Assembly: GCA_964016885.1 (NCBI GenBank)
Contig: OZ024741.1
Span: 300,886,001 to 300,950,000 of the forward strand
Length of the DNA: 64,000 bases
Reading direction: 5' to 3'
Source: Eledone cirrhosa
Taxonomy: Eukaryota
The position numbers were made by a program, and so were the translations under genes. The notes beneath the pieces are model-generated. The model made no database searches. It saw only the letters and a program-made list of their open reading frames with translations, and was not told where the DNA came from. This document shows positions 11,170 through 23,775 of this stretch, piece after piece; position 1 is the first letter of the stretch; the number at the start of each line of letters is the position of its first letter.

Positions 11170-13639
11170 TTAAGGACACAACAATTTCAAAGATTTTGAT
11201 TTGTGGACTTTTGGTTTCAATTATTACCTAATTATGTTCGTTATACTTTAATTTTCGTGGAACGGTTGTATTGGTAGATTGGTATTTTACCGTTAAATTT
11301 GTAGTATTATGAAGATGAGACGTGATTGGAAATATTGCTTACAATGTTCATACCTTTTGAGGTTTCAATTACATGCTAAACGGCGGTATTTATTTACATG
11401 GTAAATTGTAACAGCTGTTTGTGATTGAAAGCCAATATAATTGCATGTGTTCAGATTTGAAATAAATATATAATAAGTTGTAGTATATGATGAATAAAGT
11501 AATCGACATCTCATTTCTATGCTTCCTAATTTCAAGAAGTATTAGATACTCGATAATAATTGTAAACCAACGTCGTCTGAAATGTAATATAATATCAGGG
11601 CACAACACCTCTGAAATACTGAAGATCGTTTGCTTTCTAGCAACATGCGTTCTACAGAAAGAGACATTCAATGAATAAAGATCATTAAGCGATTGCGAGC
11701 AAATGACATTCTATAAGGAAAGCCACATCCGAGATAATATTCAATGAAATGTACCTAATGCTTCAGGAAAGAAACAGTTTCTGTAATAGAACTTATTTTG
11801 AATCACCTTTGAGAAATGCTTATAATTACGTATAATCGCATGTTATGCTGGAATAGTTTACGTTATTGAAATCATTGGATTGTTAATGGAGGCAAACGTT
11901 TGATGAATGGTATATTTTTTTCCACTGAGAAATGTGTGTGATGATTTCGGCTGAAAACAGTAGACCAAACGTTAAGCAACAGAAATGAAATAAAGAATTA
12001 TGAGAGAAGGGTTTCTGAAGTGAGGTAGGAGATAGAAACAAATGAAGAAAAACGAAAAAAATGATGTAATAGTTATAACATTTTAATTTTATTAGCTAAT
12101 ATCTATTTTCCTTTAATAGTATACGACACTACAGTCGTAAATTTAGTTCCACTTTAGTCCAGATTGAACAAACCTATCGGGAAAAGCATTCTAGTTGTGT
12201 ACGTGTCTTAATCTTGTAAATCTACGAAAGCAATGACCAATTTGAATCTCTTCTAATTCGGTAGTGCGTTATTTGAAATAGCCGGACTGCTAGCTCCAGC
12301 TGGTTAAGTGACGATGTAGAACACTGAACAGTAACTAATGCACTTCTAGACATTTGAAAGCACTTTAAAATTACGATTGTGGTACTCAATCAAAAAGACT
12401 TAAATAACAACGATAGCACACGAAAATACTAAATCATTTCGGCCTTGACCACGAACATTGTACGCACATAGATGTGCTATCTATTTTCCCCTTTGAGAGG
12501 TTAAGTCATCATGGACGCCAAATCTTGTGGCAACTCCGGCGTTACATTCTTGGCTTCGATCACAACCCGATAAGAATGTCAGCACTGTGGGGTGCGAATC
12601 AATTTATATTACTCTCAGGTAATTTTCATGCGAAACGATCACTAACTTGTGGCTGTCCTAATAACAGCCAGTTGTGTACATATCTTCAAATCTTAGATCG
12701 CAATCTACTGGTGAAATCAGTTCAGTGGCAAAAATAAACGATCACCTGTGGTAAACGTTCAATATTGACCACTCGATTCGCCATGATTGACTCGCTTGCC
12801 TATCTTAGCACTAGAGTCATTACAGCGGAGTCTGCAGACGTTAAAATACACCTCACTCGAACTGGGACACAGGAGAGCACGTAATTAAACGCAGACGATG
12901 TCTCACTTAACCAATAGTTTCAGAGGAAACTCTTTAAAAATTCAGTGATAGATAATATATATTTTATTTCAGTGATATTCTAACACCTGACAGGGTTTTC
13001 TGGAGATATAACTGATTGAGCTGAAGTTCTCCAATGTGTTCTGTAATAGGCAGGTCTCACTGGTCAGAGTGTTATTAAACTATTGCAGGGACGCACAGCA
13101 ACAACAAATCTGAAAGCAACTTTGCACTGGGAAAATCAGGAGGCGAACTTGCCACTGTTAAAAATACAATATTCACAAGAACAACCAAATAAAACAAATT
13201 ACAAAAACAACAGCATTAACATGAACACTCACACTACCAATACGACCACCAACACCGTCACCATAACCACTATCGCCATGACTGCAACAACAAAAAATAT
13301 TACAGAAACAGATTTTTGGGAAACAAAAATCGAAAATATAACAACAGTAACAACAAGAATACATTTTGCATCTACGACTGCCAAAGCAAAGAAACCGAAA
13401 TGTTTATGTACAGTGCCAAATTAATAATAGTAGATCAATCATGGGCTGACATGGACAACCACTTCCCCGAGCTGTTGGCAGAAACCCCCCAAAACTGTAA
13501 TTTACAAATTCCTGTCAGCAAACACGAGACAGCCGGAGCCAACAAATCACAGAGCACTGAAAAGCTAATGCCCGACATGCAGCAAGTTGCGAAGTCTAAG
13601 GAGTGTATGGGCATTTAAGTGCTCTTTAGAAATGAAGCT

Positions 13640-14757
13640 TTGACTGTATGGTAGGGACAGGTTCAACTGGTGAGGTGATCCATCTGCTGCTAACATTCTT
13701 TACGCGGAGGGCTGAGCATGACGTGGCTGATGATGCGCAGACATGCGCTCAGGCTACGTCGTCTTCAGATGTTCTTAACCGTATGGTCACCCTTTGTGGG
13801 GCAAGAATTTACGCATCTCGTTTCTTTGACAGAGCTGCAGTCGTGGGTAAAGCGAAGACCGAAACATGGGGCCTGGCATCTGGAATGTTGTCAGGAGCTC
13901 ACAACACTCTACCAGTCGGACAATGCGGTTAGTAGAAACTCCACTCTAGTGTTGTAGACATCTAGTGGTGAGCATTAGCGGAGACGTTCTCGGAAAGATG
14001 CTAGTTGTCAACGAGAACAAACTAACCAGTGAGCTCTGGAGGACTTTAGACAATTACCAGAAATTCTTTGCTTAGAAGTGCGAGAGGGAAGCACTGCTGG
14101 CCGAAAGAAAATCTACAGACACAGATGATCTGTCAGATGGCATTGTCCGAGATGCGTGCAGAGCGACAAAACAGTCCTGCAACCACTCGTTCGTCCAGTA
14201 TATTGCTGAATTGTGGAGTTTTATCGAACAGCTATTGTTACGTGTACGATGAATTTTGATATCGATCAACTCCACCGTGAAGATTGCCCAGTCGCCTACA
14301 TTTGGCTGGGAAGCACTGGCAATTCTCCTCTGTCTGGTAGTTGTGGCGAAAGATGGTGCATGTTGTACGAAGCTGAAAGAGTGAAGACATACACTTTCCA
14401 CTTTGGCCAAGCCATTTTCAAGTTCCCTTGGAAAGGACGGTGAGGGTGGTGTGAGAAGTGATGATCCCTAGTGTATTTGGTAAAATGTGGATGAATGTGG
14501 CAAAAATGGCAGTGAACATACTGGTATATGCTGGAAAGTTTTGAAAGGAGAGGAGCAGCTTCCTATAGTATTCTTGGGTTTGTTGGGTTCCTAAGTCACT
14601 CACTCCTGTGCGGTTCTCCCCTCTAGTGGCCAATTTTTTCTTCTCATTAATTTATTGTTATTGCTATGTTTTATATGTTTAAACGCTTTCAATTTTTTGT
14701 AAGTTTACATTTGTCCCCGTCTTTTGTATTGGCCTACATCTTTGTGCCTAATAAAGA
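13640..14757 (+). mobile_element. Decayed L1/Tx1-type LINE 3' fragment
   Basis: GGLSMTWLMMRRHALRLRRLQ at ~13706, a CPRCVQSDKTVL zinc-knuckle remnant at ~14144, and a T-rich 3' UTR ending AATAAA at ~14750. Confidence 0.65.
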
Positions 14758-14759
14758 AA

Positions 14760-14962
14760 GCAGTATCGGTAGAGCATCAGGCACCATGCTTTGTAGGATA
14801 GAGTTATGGCTCTTTACGTTGTGAGTACGAATCCCGACGTGGTTAACTTTGCCTTTCATCCTTACGGAGTCGATAAAATAAACTACCAGTAATGTACTGG
14901 CGTCTCTTTAATCGACTGCCCACGCCAAAAAATTACTGCCCTTGTGCCTATACTAGAAATCA
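14760..14962 (+). mobile_element. tRNA-derived SINE
   Basis: Degenerate B box, central TTTGCCTTTCATCCTTACGGAGTCGATAAAATAAACTACCAG domain, tail CTTGTGCCTA..TAGAAA. Confidence 0.85.
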
Positions 14963-15781
14963 TTATAATTAGTAGAAGCAGCACCCGCAGCAGCAGCAGC
15001 AGCAAAAGCAGCAGCAGCATCATCAGCAGTAGTAGTAGTAGTAATAGTAGTAGTCATTTTGTTTGCTGAAGTATCATTTTATCGTGTCTACGGCATTTAC
15101 GTGTAGTGAGTAATAAATTGCCACGAACAAAGTGTCCACTTGTTTTTTTATTAGAATTATATATGTTAATGTTGATATATTTCGTCTACTACAATATATA
15201 TTATCCTTAAAACAATTGTATATAAAATGGCATCTTGAGAATATCTCGTATTTATTTTGTATTAATGTATTTACAAATGTTTACAAACAAACCAGTCACC
15301 TACTATGAATACGACATAATTTATATTTAGTTCTGAAGTATAACTCAAATATTCGTATGCTTAACCGCTGCCAATATTAGATTCAAAGTATTATTTTTTT
15401 ATTATTTTATTCAAAGTATTATTCAAAGTATTATTCAAAGTATTATTTTTTATTATTTTATTTGAGTTCTAACATCATTAATTCCAATCTAATTAACACA
15501 ATTATTGTTCAGTTTTGAATTTCACTGTGGATTGAAGCACTTGTAGAAGAAACTATTTAAATTTTTTATTCCCACACTGACGTTAATAGAATAGGTCATT
15601 GACTTTCTGCTATGTAGTTCAAAAATATATATTGAAATGAAAATCCAATCATATTTGGTTCGATAATTTTGTATTATTATACTTATCATTATATATAATC
15701 ATATATCCAGTTAACTTAATTAGTTTTGACAATGTTTCAAATTTGAAATGTTATCATCCCAAAGCAGATGACTATAATAAT

Positions 15782-15966
15782 TGTTTCTAGTTTAGGCACA
15801 AGGCCAGACATTAATCAGTACATTACTGGTACTTTATTTTATCGACCCCGTAGGATGAAAGGCAAAGTTAACCTCGGCGGGATTTGAACTCAGATCATAA
15901 AGGGACGTAACTCTATGCTTCAAAGCATGATGTCCGACTCTCTACCGATACTGCCAATCCACCGCA
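15782..15966 (-). mobile_element. tRNA-derived SINE
   Basis: Reverse complement of the 39312-39495 SINE, including the B box GAGTTCAAATCCC. Confidence 0.9.
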
Positions 15967-16104
15967 CATGACTATAATAATAGTCGATCACTATGCACAT
16001 TATTTGAATCTCACAAATATTATCAGGAGACGGAATAAATCGGATATTCCACTATTTTCTATCTCCCGGTTTACACACACAAATGTATATATACACACAC
16101 ACAC

Positions 16105-16192
<88 letters not shown>

Positions 16193-16197
<5 letters not shown>

Positions 16198-16329
16198 CCT
16201 GATGATTTCTAAAGAATGAAACAGTTCTAGTTCTGTAGAATCTCATCTATATTAAAACTTTTATACTCTACAATGTATTGATTGAGTACCTTACTTACTG
16301 TGGTTACCTCCGACTCAACCCGGAATAAC

Positions 16330-16330
<1 letters not shown>
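16193..16330 (+). mobile_element. Very short pLTR tail (family A) starting exactly at hammerhead stem I (HHR 16193-16243)
   Basis: AGATTC-CTGATGA..GAAACAG..CTGTA-GAATCT followed by a tail identical in layout to the reverse complement of 58168-58250. Confidence 0.85.
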
Positions 16331-16367
<37 letters not shown>

Positions 16368-16946
16368 TGGTGGCTGCCAACTCGTTTTCGAGTACGGCCA
16401 CTACTTTATATCCATGTAGGAGAACCCCCACCGATGTGCTGAACGAGTGTGACTTCTTAGTCCAGCCAGCGACTTGAAAACTCTGGTACAAACACTACAC
16501 TTGTGACAATTATTGACACATAGAGCTGGGCCCATGGTACCATATGACGACAAGTACAGAGAGATCTCCAGATACAAAGCAATGCCTGTACCGTGAAGCT
16601 TTTATAGTGAGCAAAGGCACTGCACAAAGCTAGTCCCACTCTCTTAACCAAGATGATATTTACCAAAAAGAAGAACAAGTCAACATCATTGGATACAATC
16701 AGAGTTGCAGGTGTTATATCAGAGTTTTCCTTCTCCTAGAATTCTGCCTTGACAAAGGCTAAGGGTTCATCTCTCCCGGTGATTTTGGATGGCCATTGAC
16801 TCTTAAGAGCTCCTTTGCCCTTTGACAGTTTTGTTTTTATTCCTGCAGGATGTCCAAAGTCACCCTCCTCACCAAGAAACATTGGTGGGGTTGCCAGTTT
16901 AGTCGCCAACGACCCGACAATGAGTCAGGTTGTACTGGGATACATG

Positions 16947-16948
<2 letters not shown>
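16368..16948. repeat. ~590-bp dispersed repeat copy 1 (probably RTE-LINE 5' region or derivative)
   Basis: Closely similar to 18259-18862 and flanked by (TA)n. The RTE assignment is from recall of similar sequences and is not proven. Confidence 0.6.
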
Positions 16949-16998
<50 letters not shown>

Positions 16999-17005
<7 letters not shown>

Positions 17006-18183
17006 GTCTATATAATCACAAGATAAAATATATACTATTTTCTCTCCTAATATATATACTATTTTCTCTCCTAATAAACTAGGAGAAAATAGAATACATT
17101 TAAATACCTCTACCATGGTTTCCTCCGTGTTTTGAGTTTTCCAATAATTATGTAATAATTATATAAACTCGAGCGCCAGATTCTTCAGGAAGCTCGCTCA
17201 TATCTAGACATTAAATTTTCCAAAGCGATCGCGCCAAGAATTCATTTCAAAATGGCTAAAAATCGTGACGTAGTCGCGGTCAATTTGGAAGGGGTGTGGT
17301 AGTTGCTTACGACTGGTGGCATTTTTGCTAGAAAGCACAGCACAATACAGCCAAATTTGTATCTCAACCTAGTGGGAGATTATTACATTTAAAAGTTTAC
17401 ATATATATATACATACACATACATATACGTGTTTTGCAACTGGTCACTTTGTGGCTCAATGAAAAATTAATAAATTAAACAATCAGAGCTATATATCATA
17501 AAACATGTCTATAGAATCACAAGATAAAATATATACTATTTCCTCTCCCAATTAGCATAATTAACTATATAAAAAATCGAATAGACCAGGCTATACGAAT
17601 GAGGCTTCTATGAAGGAATCTCCGACAAATAATCTAAACTAGCGCTTCGCGTCGGCCGTAGCGGAATATTTATCGAATATTTCGACAGCGTAATCGCCTA
17701 GATATAGTCAACTAAACAGAATTAGGTTTAAAATAAACTAGGAGAAAATAGAATACATTTAAATACCTCTACCATGGTTTCGTCCGTGTTTTGAGTTTTC
17801 CAATAATTATGTAATAATTATATAAACTCGAGCGCCGGAATCTTCAGGAAGCTCGCTCATATCTAGAGATTACATTTTCCAATGCGATCGCACCAGGAAT
17901 TCATTTCAAAATCGCTAAAAATCGTGCTAGTTTCGGTTATTTGTCGGAGATTCCTTCATAGAAGTCTCATTCGTATAGCCTGGTCTATTCGATTTTTTAT
18001 ATAGTTAATTATGCTAATTGGGAGAGGAAATAGTATATATTTTATCTTGTGATTCTATAGACATGTTTTCTGATATACAGCTCTGATTGTTTAATTTATT
18101 AATTTTTCATTGAGCCACAAAGTGACCAGTTGCAAAACACGTATATGTATGTGTATGTTTATATATATGTAAACTTTTATATA

Positions 18184-18190
<7 letters not shown>
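16999..18190 (-). mobile_element. ORF-less HHR-containing tandem element (family D; retrozyme-like), ~1.4 units plus inverted segment
   Basis: Direct repeat with a 659-nt period (17073/17732). HHRs at 17107-17196 and 17766-17855. 17930-18190 is an inverted copy of ~17390-17640. Confidence 0.8.
17766..17855 (-). ncRNA. Type I hammerhead ribozyme, extended stem II (family D); second copy at 17107-17196
   Basis: Minus strand: CTTC-CTGAAGA-T-TCCG...CGGA-C-GAA-ACCATGGT-A-GAGG. Confidence 0.8.
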
Positions 18191-18258
<68 letters not shown>

Positions 18259-18260
<2 letters not shown>

Positions 18261-18862
18261 TGGCTGCCAACTCGTTTTCGAGTACGTCCACTACTTTATA
18301 TCCATGTAAAAGAACTCCTAGCGATGCGCTGAACAAATGTGACTTTAGTCGAGCCAGCGACTTGAAAACTGGTACAAACACTACACCTGTGACAATTATT
18401 GACACATAGTGCTAGGCCCATGGTACCATGTGACGACAAGTGCAGAGAGATCTCCAGATATAAAGCAATGCCTGTGCCGTGAAGCTTTTATAGTGTGCAA
18501 AGGCACTGCACAAAGCCAGTCCCACTCTCTTAACCAAGATGATATTTACCAAAAAGAAGAACAAGTCAACATCATTGGATACCATCAGAGTTGCAGGTGT
18601 TATATCAGAGTTTTCCTTCTCCTAGAATTCTGCCTTGACAAAGGCTAAGGGGTCATCTCTCCCAGTGATTTTGGATGGCCATTGACTCTTAAGAAGTCCT
18701 TTGCCCTTTGACAGGTTTTGTTTTTAGTCCCGCAGTATGTCCAAAGTCACCCTCCTCACCAAGAAACCTCGGTGGGGTTGCCAGTTTAGTCGCCAACGAC
18801 CCGACCATTAGACAGGTTGTACTGGGATACATGTTACCAGTAGCACCAACTGGTGAACTGAC
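18259..18862. repeat. ~600-bp dispersed repeat copy 2
   Basis: Direct copy of 16368-16948. Confidence 0.7.
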
Positions 18863-18868
18863 ATATAT

Positions 18869-18947
<79 letters not shown>

Positions 18948-18969
18948 CAGATATATATATCTATCTATA

Positions 18970-19018
<49 letters not shown>

Positions 19019-19019
19019 G

Positions 19020-22000
19020 GTATTAACAAATGGAAACTATATTTAGAAAACCATATTTATTTTATTATATATATTTCAAGGACACCAAGTTAAATTATCG
19101 TGTGCTTTCATCAGACATAATATAATATAGATCAGTTTTATAAATAAATATTGACATACCCTTAAAAAATGCAACCATTACTGTTGGAAGTTCCCGGATA
19201 GTGGAGTTGTTTACTTATATTATTATTAGTATTGGATATTTTTATTTTTAAAATAAGCCGTTGGGTTAGAGAGAAAGAAAAAGAAGGAGAGAGAGAAAAA
19301 GAGAGAAAGAGAGAAAAGAGAGAGAGAGAGAGATCAAAACAACAGAGAGAGAAAGATATAGATAGAGAGAGGAGACAGATAGAAGGGGAGAGAACGAAAA
19401 CTCTAAGTCATATCTTGTTGAGTTAACTTAACAATTGAGATGAAATGAATAAATAAAATTAGAAATGTTAATAATCATGAATGGAATATACATATATAAT
19501 ATGAGAAATTAATCATTGTTTAAATATGATTAGATGTTTAGTTGATCATTTAAAAATTGAGATCAATATATTAAAAATTGGGATTCATACATTAAGAAAT
19601 CCATATATTGCTAGAGAACTACATATCATATAACACGTATACACACGCAAAAATACATATAAATATATATACACACTTATAAAATACATAACATATCTAA
19701 CTACGTATATAATATATACACACAAAGCATAAAGGATTCTTTAATTTAATTTAAGATATAGGAATCTTAAAAATGTTTTTATTGTTAAGATATTAAATGA
19801 AATTTTATGTTATACACACTTTATGTTATTAAACAAAATTTTTTATATAAGTTTTATAAGATTACCTGTTATTTATTTATGGCTGTTAATTATATGTCTA
19901 TCTGTCAGTAGTCATTGGGATAATCACTATACATAAGTGCAATCAAATTGTATGGATATACACCATATACACAATTCTCACATATACATATATATACATG
20001 TGTGTGTACCCTCAGCCAATAGGTAGATACGCATCACGCATACATATACATACAGACAGACATACATTCATAAAAACGCATAGAACATATGTACATGTAT
20101 GTCAATATACACATATACATATATACTTACATATAGAGAGAAGTATATATACAGTACATAGTATAATTGAGTTCATAAAATACAAAAAGATTATATTACA
20201 ATTTGGAAATATAATTATAAGCAATATAATTTTAAAAGCAATACAATTTTAAAATATTATAGAATATAAGTTATAATTTCAAAATAATAGTTTGTTTAAT
20301 AGATTTAGTATAGAAATTTATCTTACGTATATTTAACTCAAAATTTTGAAAGGATAAACATTCGAAAATAGGAGAAGCTATCAGAATAATAAGAAAACAA
20401 TAAAAAATTAAAAAATAAGAAATAGGAAATATTTTCTCCTTTCAAGAGCTCTCAATATATTTCTCTAGAATAGTTTCTTATATTTATATTTATTTATATT
20501 TAGGGAAGAAAAGTTATTTTTACTTGAGTGTATAATCAGTCAAAAAAGATGAAGGAATCTAATGATTTATCGACAGGTTTCATATATTAATAAAATTAAT
20601 TAATTAATTTTATACTACATTTTAAAATTATATTTATATTTAAACGTTGAGTTTAATCTATGTCTGCAGCAACTGAATAAATTATTCCTTAAGTTCAGGG
20701 AATTTTTGGTCTTTAATATAAAGAATATCTCCTCTATACAAAGATCGCAATTTCCTGAAGAGTAGTTAAAAGGAGTAGCTTTTGAAATAATATTCCAAAT
20801 CAACGAATATTCAACGTTTTAGGCCCCATAATAGGCTAGATAGAGAAGTTGAAGATTTTTTGTTTGGATCTGTAAAATATTTTTTATGATTATTGTAGCG
20901 GGATTTAAACTCTGTGGAAGTAGATCCCACATAATTAAATGAATTTAAATTAGTTTTTACATTACAATTATATACTAGATTTTTAGCTAAGCAATTGTTA
21001 TTTAACGGACAGTTAGATGTATTTCTACAGTACATTTATCAGATTGAATATTGCTTGGCTTATTATTGGTATTTTGGTTAGGTTTTAAATTTCTATTATT
21101 AATTCTATTAATATTTTGCGCTAAATTTTTGGTGGAAGAATAAGTTAATTTTATAGTATGTCTATTAAAAATTGAGTAATATCTATGTGTTCTAGGGAAG
21201 CATTTGTCAAGAGCTTTAAAAAATAGTTTAGCAATAGGGGTTTTAATATTTAATGAGAAAGGAGGAGCGAACCATAATGTGTTCCTAGTTCTATTTCTTT
21301 TTCGGCTTTCGGAATTAATGTAAGGTTTTCTATTACAGTTGTTAAAATTGTTACCATAGTTAAAATTGTTACGATTATGGTTAGTTGTTATATTATTATT
21401 AATATCGATGTATTTAATTTTATTTCTATACCCAGCTCTACCTAACGCTTCGTTGTAATAATGTGCTGTTTCATCAAATATATTCTTATTAGCTGAAATT
21501 CTAGATACTCGTTCTTGTACAGAGTTCACTATAGTATTTTTAACGGATCTGGGGTGATTAGAGTTAAAATTTACGTAATTTAAGTTCTCATTTAGTTTGT
21601 GAAATGAATAATGAAGACATGTGTTAAGATTTAGTGTTACATCTAGAAAATTGACTATCTTATGGTTATTCTCTATTTCTACTTTTAGATTAAGGTAATT
21701 AAAAAATTGTATAATTTGTTTTCTTTTTCTATTTAGTTCACAGTTATTATTTTCTATAAGTAAAAGCATGTCGTCACGACATAAACCTCCGGTTATCTCA
21801 GGTATTTTTCTATGTAGAGAATTAATTATAATAAATACATAACAGCCATAAATACATAACAGGTAATCTTATAAAACTTATATAAACAATTTTGTTTAAT
21901 AACATAAAGTGTGTATAACATAAAATTTCCTTTAATATCTTAATAATTATAAGATTTTTAAGATTCCTATATCTTAAATTAAATTAAAGAATCCTTTATG

Positions 22001-22590
22001 CTTTGTGTGTATATATTATATACGTAGTTAGATATGTTATGTATTTTATAAGTGTGTATATATATTTATATGTATTTTTGCGTGTGTATACGTGTTATAT
22101 GATATGTAGTTCTCTAGCAATATATGGATTTCTTAATGTATAGATCCCAATTTTTAATATATTGATCTCTATTTTTAAATGATTAACTAAACATCTAATC
22201 ATATTTAAACAATGATTAATTTCTCATATTATATATGTATATTCCATTCATGATTATTAACATTTCTAATTTTATTTATTCATTTCATCTCAATTGTTAA
22301 GTTAACTCAACAAAATATGACTTACAGTTTTCGTTCTCTCCCCTTCTCTCTGTCTCCTCTCTCTCTCTATATATCTTTCTCTCCCTCTATCTTTTCTCTC
22401 TCTCCCTCTTTTTCTCTCTCTCCTTCTTTTTCTTTCTCTCTAACCCAACGGCTTGTTTTAAAAATAAAAATATCCAATACTATTAATAATATAAGTAAAC
22501 AACTCCACTAGCCGGGAACTTCCAACAGTAATGGTTGCATTTTTTAAGGGTATGTTAATATTTATTTATAAAACTGATCTATATTATATT
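19020..22590 (-). mobile_element. 5'-truncated Hydra-type PLE with inverted duplication of its 3' UTR
   Basis: Minus ORFs 21002-21769, 20811-21035 and 20615-20803 contain VNFLDVTLNL, SNHP, WFAPPFS, CPLNNNCLAKNLVY..YVGST and CDLCIEE. 21835-22590 is the reverse complement of ~19120-19895. Confidence 0.9.
19059..19121 (-). ncRNA. Type I hammerhead ribozyme with (AU)4 stem III
   Basis: Minus strand: ATTATGT-CTGATGA-AAGCACAC..GGTGTCCTT-GAA-ATATATAT-A-ATAAAAT. Confidence 0.7.
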
Positions 22591-22597
22591 TTGCCAT

Positions 22598-22662
22598 AAT
22601 TTAACTTGGCTTTACATCCTTTTGAGGTCGATGAAAATGTACGAGTCTGGTTCTGGGGTTGA
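22598..22662 (+). mobile_element. SINE central-domain fragment
   Basis: TTAACTTGGCTTTACATCCTTTTGAGGTCGATGAAAATGTAC. Confidence 0.55.
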
Positions 22663-22842
22663 TTCTTCTTTTATATGTCGTTCTCTCATTCTATCTTTTT
22701 CTGGAAGAAAAAATCTACTATACTCAAGCCTGGAGAGGAATGGGCTCCGACAAGCCTAAGAAACGCCGTATATTAATACGGCGCTACTATGATTCCATCA
22801 GGAGCAACGGGACCAAACCAAACCATATATATACATATATAA

Positions 22843-23205
22843 AAATAACATTAATAAAGATGCTGATGTTACATAAATCGTTTATTCATTATAATTATTT
22901 CAACAGACATGTCTGCTGGACGCACGAGCAGAAGAGCGTGTGTTTTTTATTCCTGCCGGCAGCATATCACTAAATCGAATTTCATCTGAGGGTACCGTTC
23001 TCATAACAACAACAAATGCATGAATCACATCTTGATTGCATAGGAGAAGCGTTGAAATAATTATAATGAATAAACGATTTATGTAACGTCAGCATCTTTA
23101 TTAATGTTATTTTTTATAGTGAATCTCCATCGTAACTACAAGCTACGAATCTTGAGCGCTTTCTCCTGCTTGCTCCTGTTTTTATAAAAAACAATCTCTT
23201 CGTAA
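22843..23205. repeat. Fold-back element with ~60-bp inverted arms (22843-22902 / 23051-23110) between TA-rich tracts
   Basis: AATAACATTAATAAAGATGCTGA...TTCAAC and its reverse complement. Confidence 0.7.
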
Positions 23206-23697
23206 AATATATATATATATATATATATATTTTCTTTCTAAGTTATTGTTCCATTTTTATAAATATATGGTGAATGACACTTTCTTTTTACTATTACACT
23301 CCCTTACCTCTTTTTCTTCCGCATATAAGTGTACGCGCGTGTGTGTGATTATACGCGTGCCTTCATATTCTTATAATGTATCTAATACCCTGTTTTTCTG
23401 TATACCTGTCAACCAGACACTCATATCATGTCTGTGTCTGTGGTTACATATACACAGATATACTTTCCCTCACACATATATTTACGCACACATTTTCACT
23501 ATACACACACATTTGTACATACATACATATGTATATCTGTGAGTGTATATACATACATATACACACACCTAACTATATTTCTGAAAACATTTTTTTTCAT
23601 ATATTTTATATGTCTATTGTATTACCTTTATCTATATATATATAATTTTTGTTTGCATTTCTTGAGGAGACTTTCCAAATATTTGACTATGTTTTAT

Positions 23698-23775
23698 ATT
23701 GCCTCGTCCGACGAACGAATGAAGACGTTTCTTTCGTATTCGTCTTATTCGAGAAACCTCTGGTAATAAGGTAAT
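23698..23775 (+). ncRNA. Hammerhead ribozyme with CCGACGA core (5' pLTR)
   Basis: ATTGCCTCGT-CCGACGA-A-CGAATGAAGACG..CGTCTTATTCG-A-GAA-ACC TCT GGT-A-ATAAGGTAAT. Confidence 0.7.

Noticed and set aside
13083-13618. Thr/Asn-rich ORFs upstream of the Tx1 fragment
   Set aside because: Driven by (ACA/ACC)n low complexity, with no motifs.
22985-23040. CTGAGGG...GAATC..GATT as a hammerhead inside the 22843-23205 fold-back
   Set aside because: Both core boxes deviate and stems I and II do not pair convincingly.
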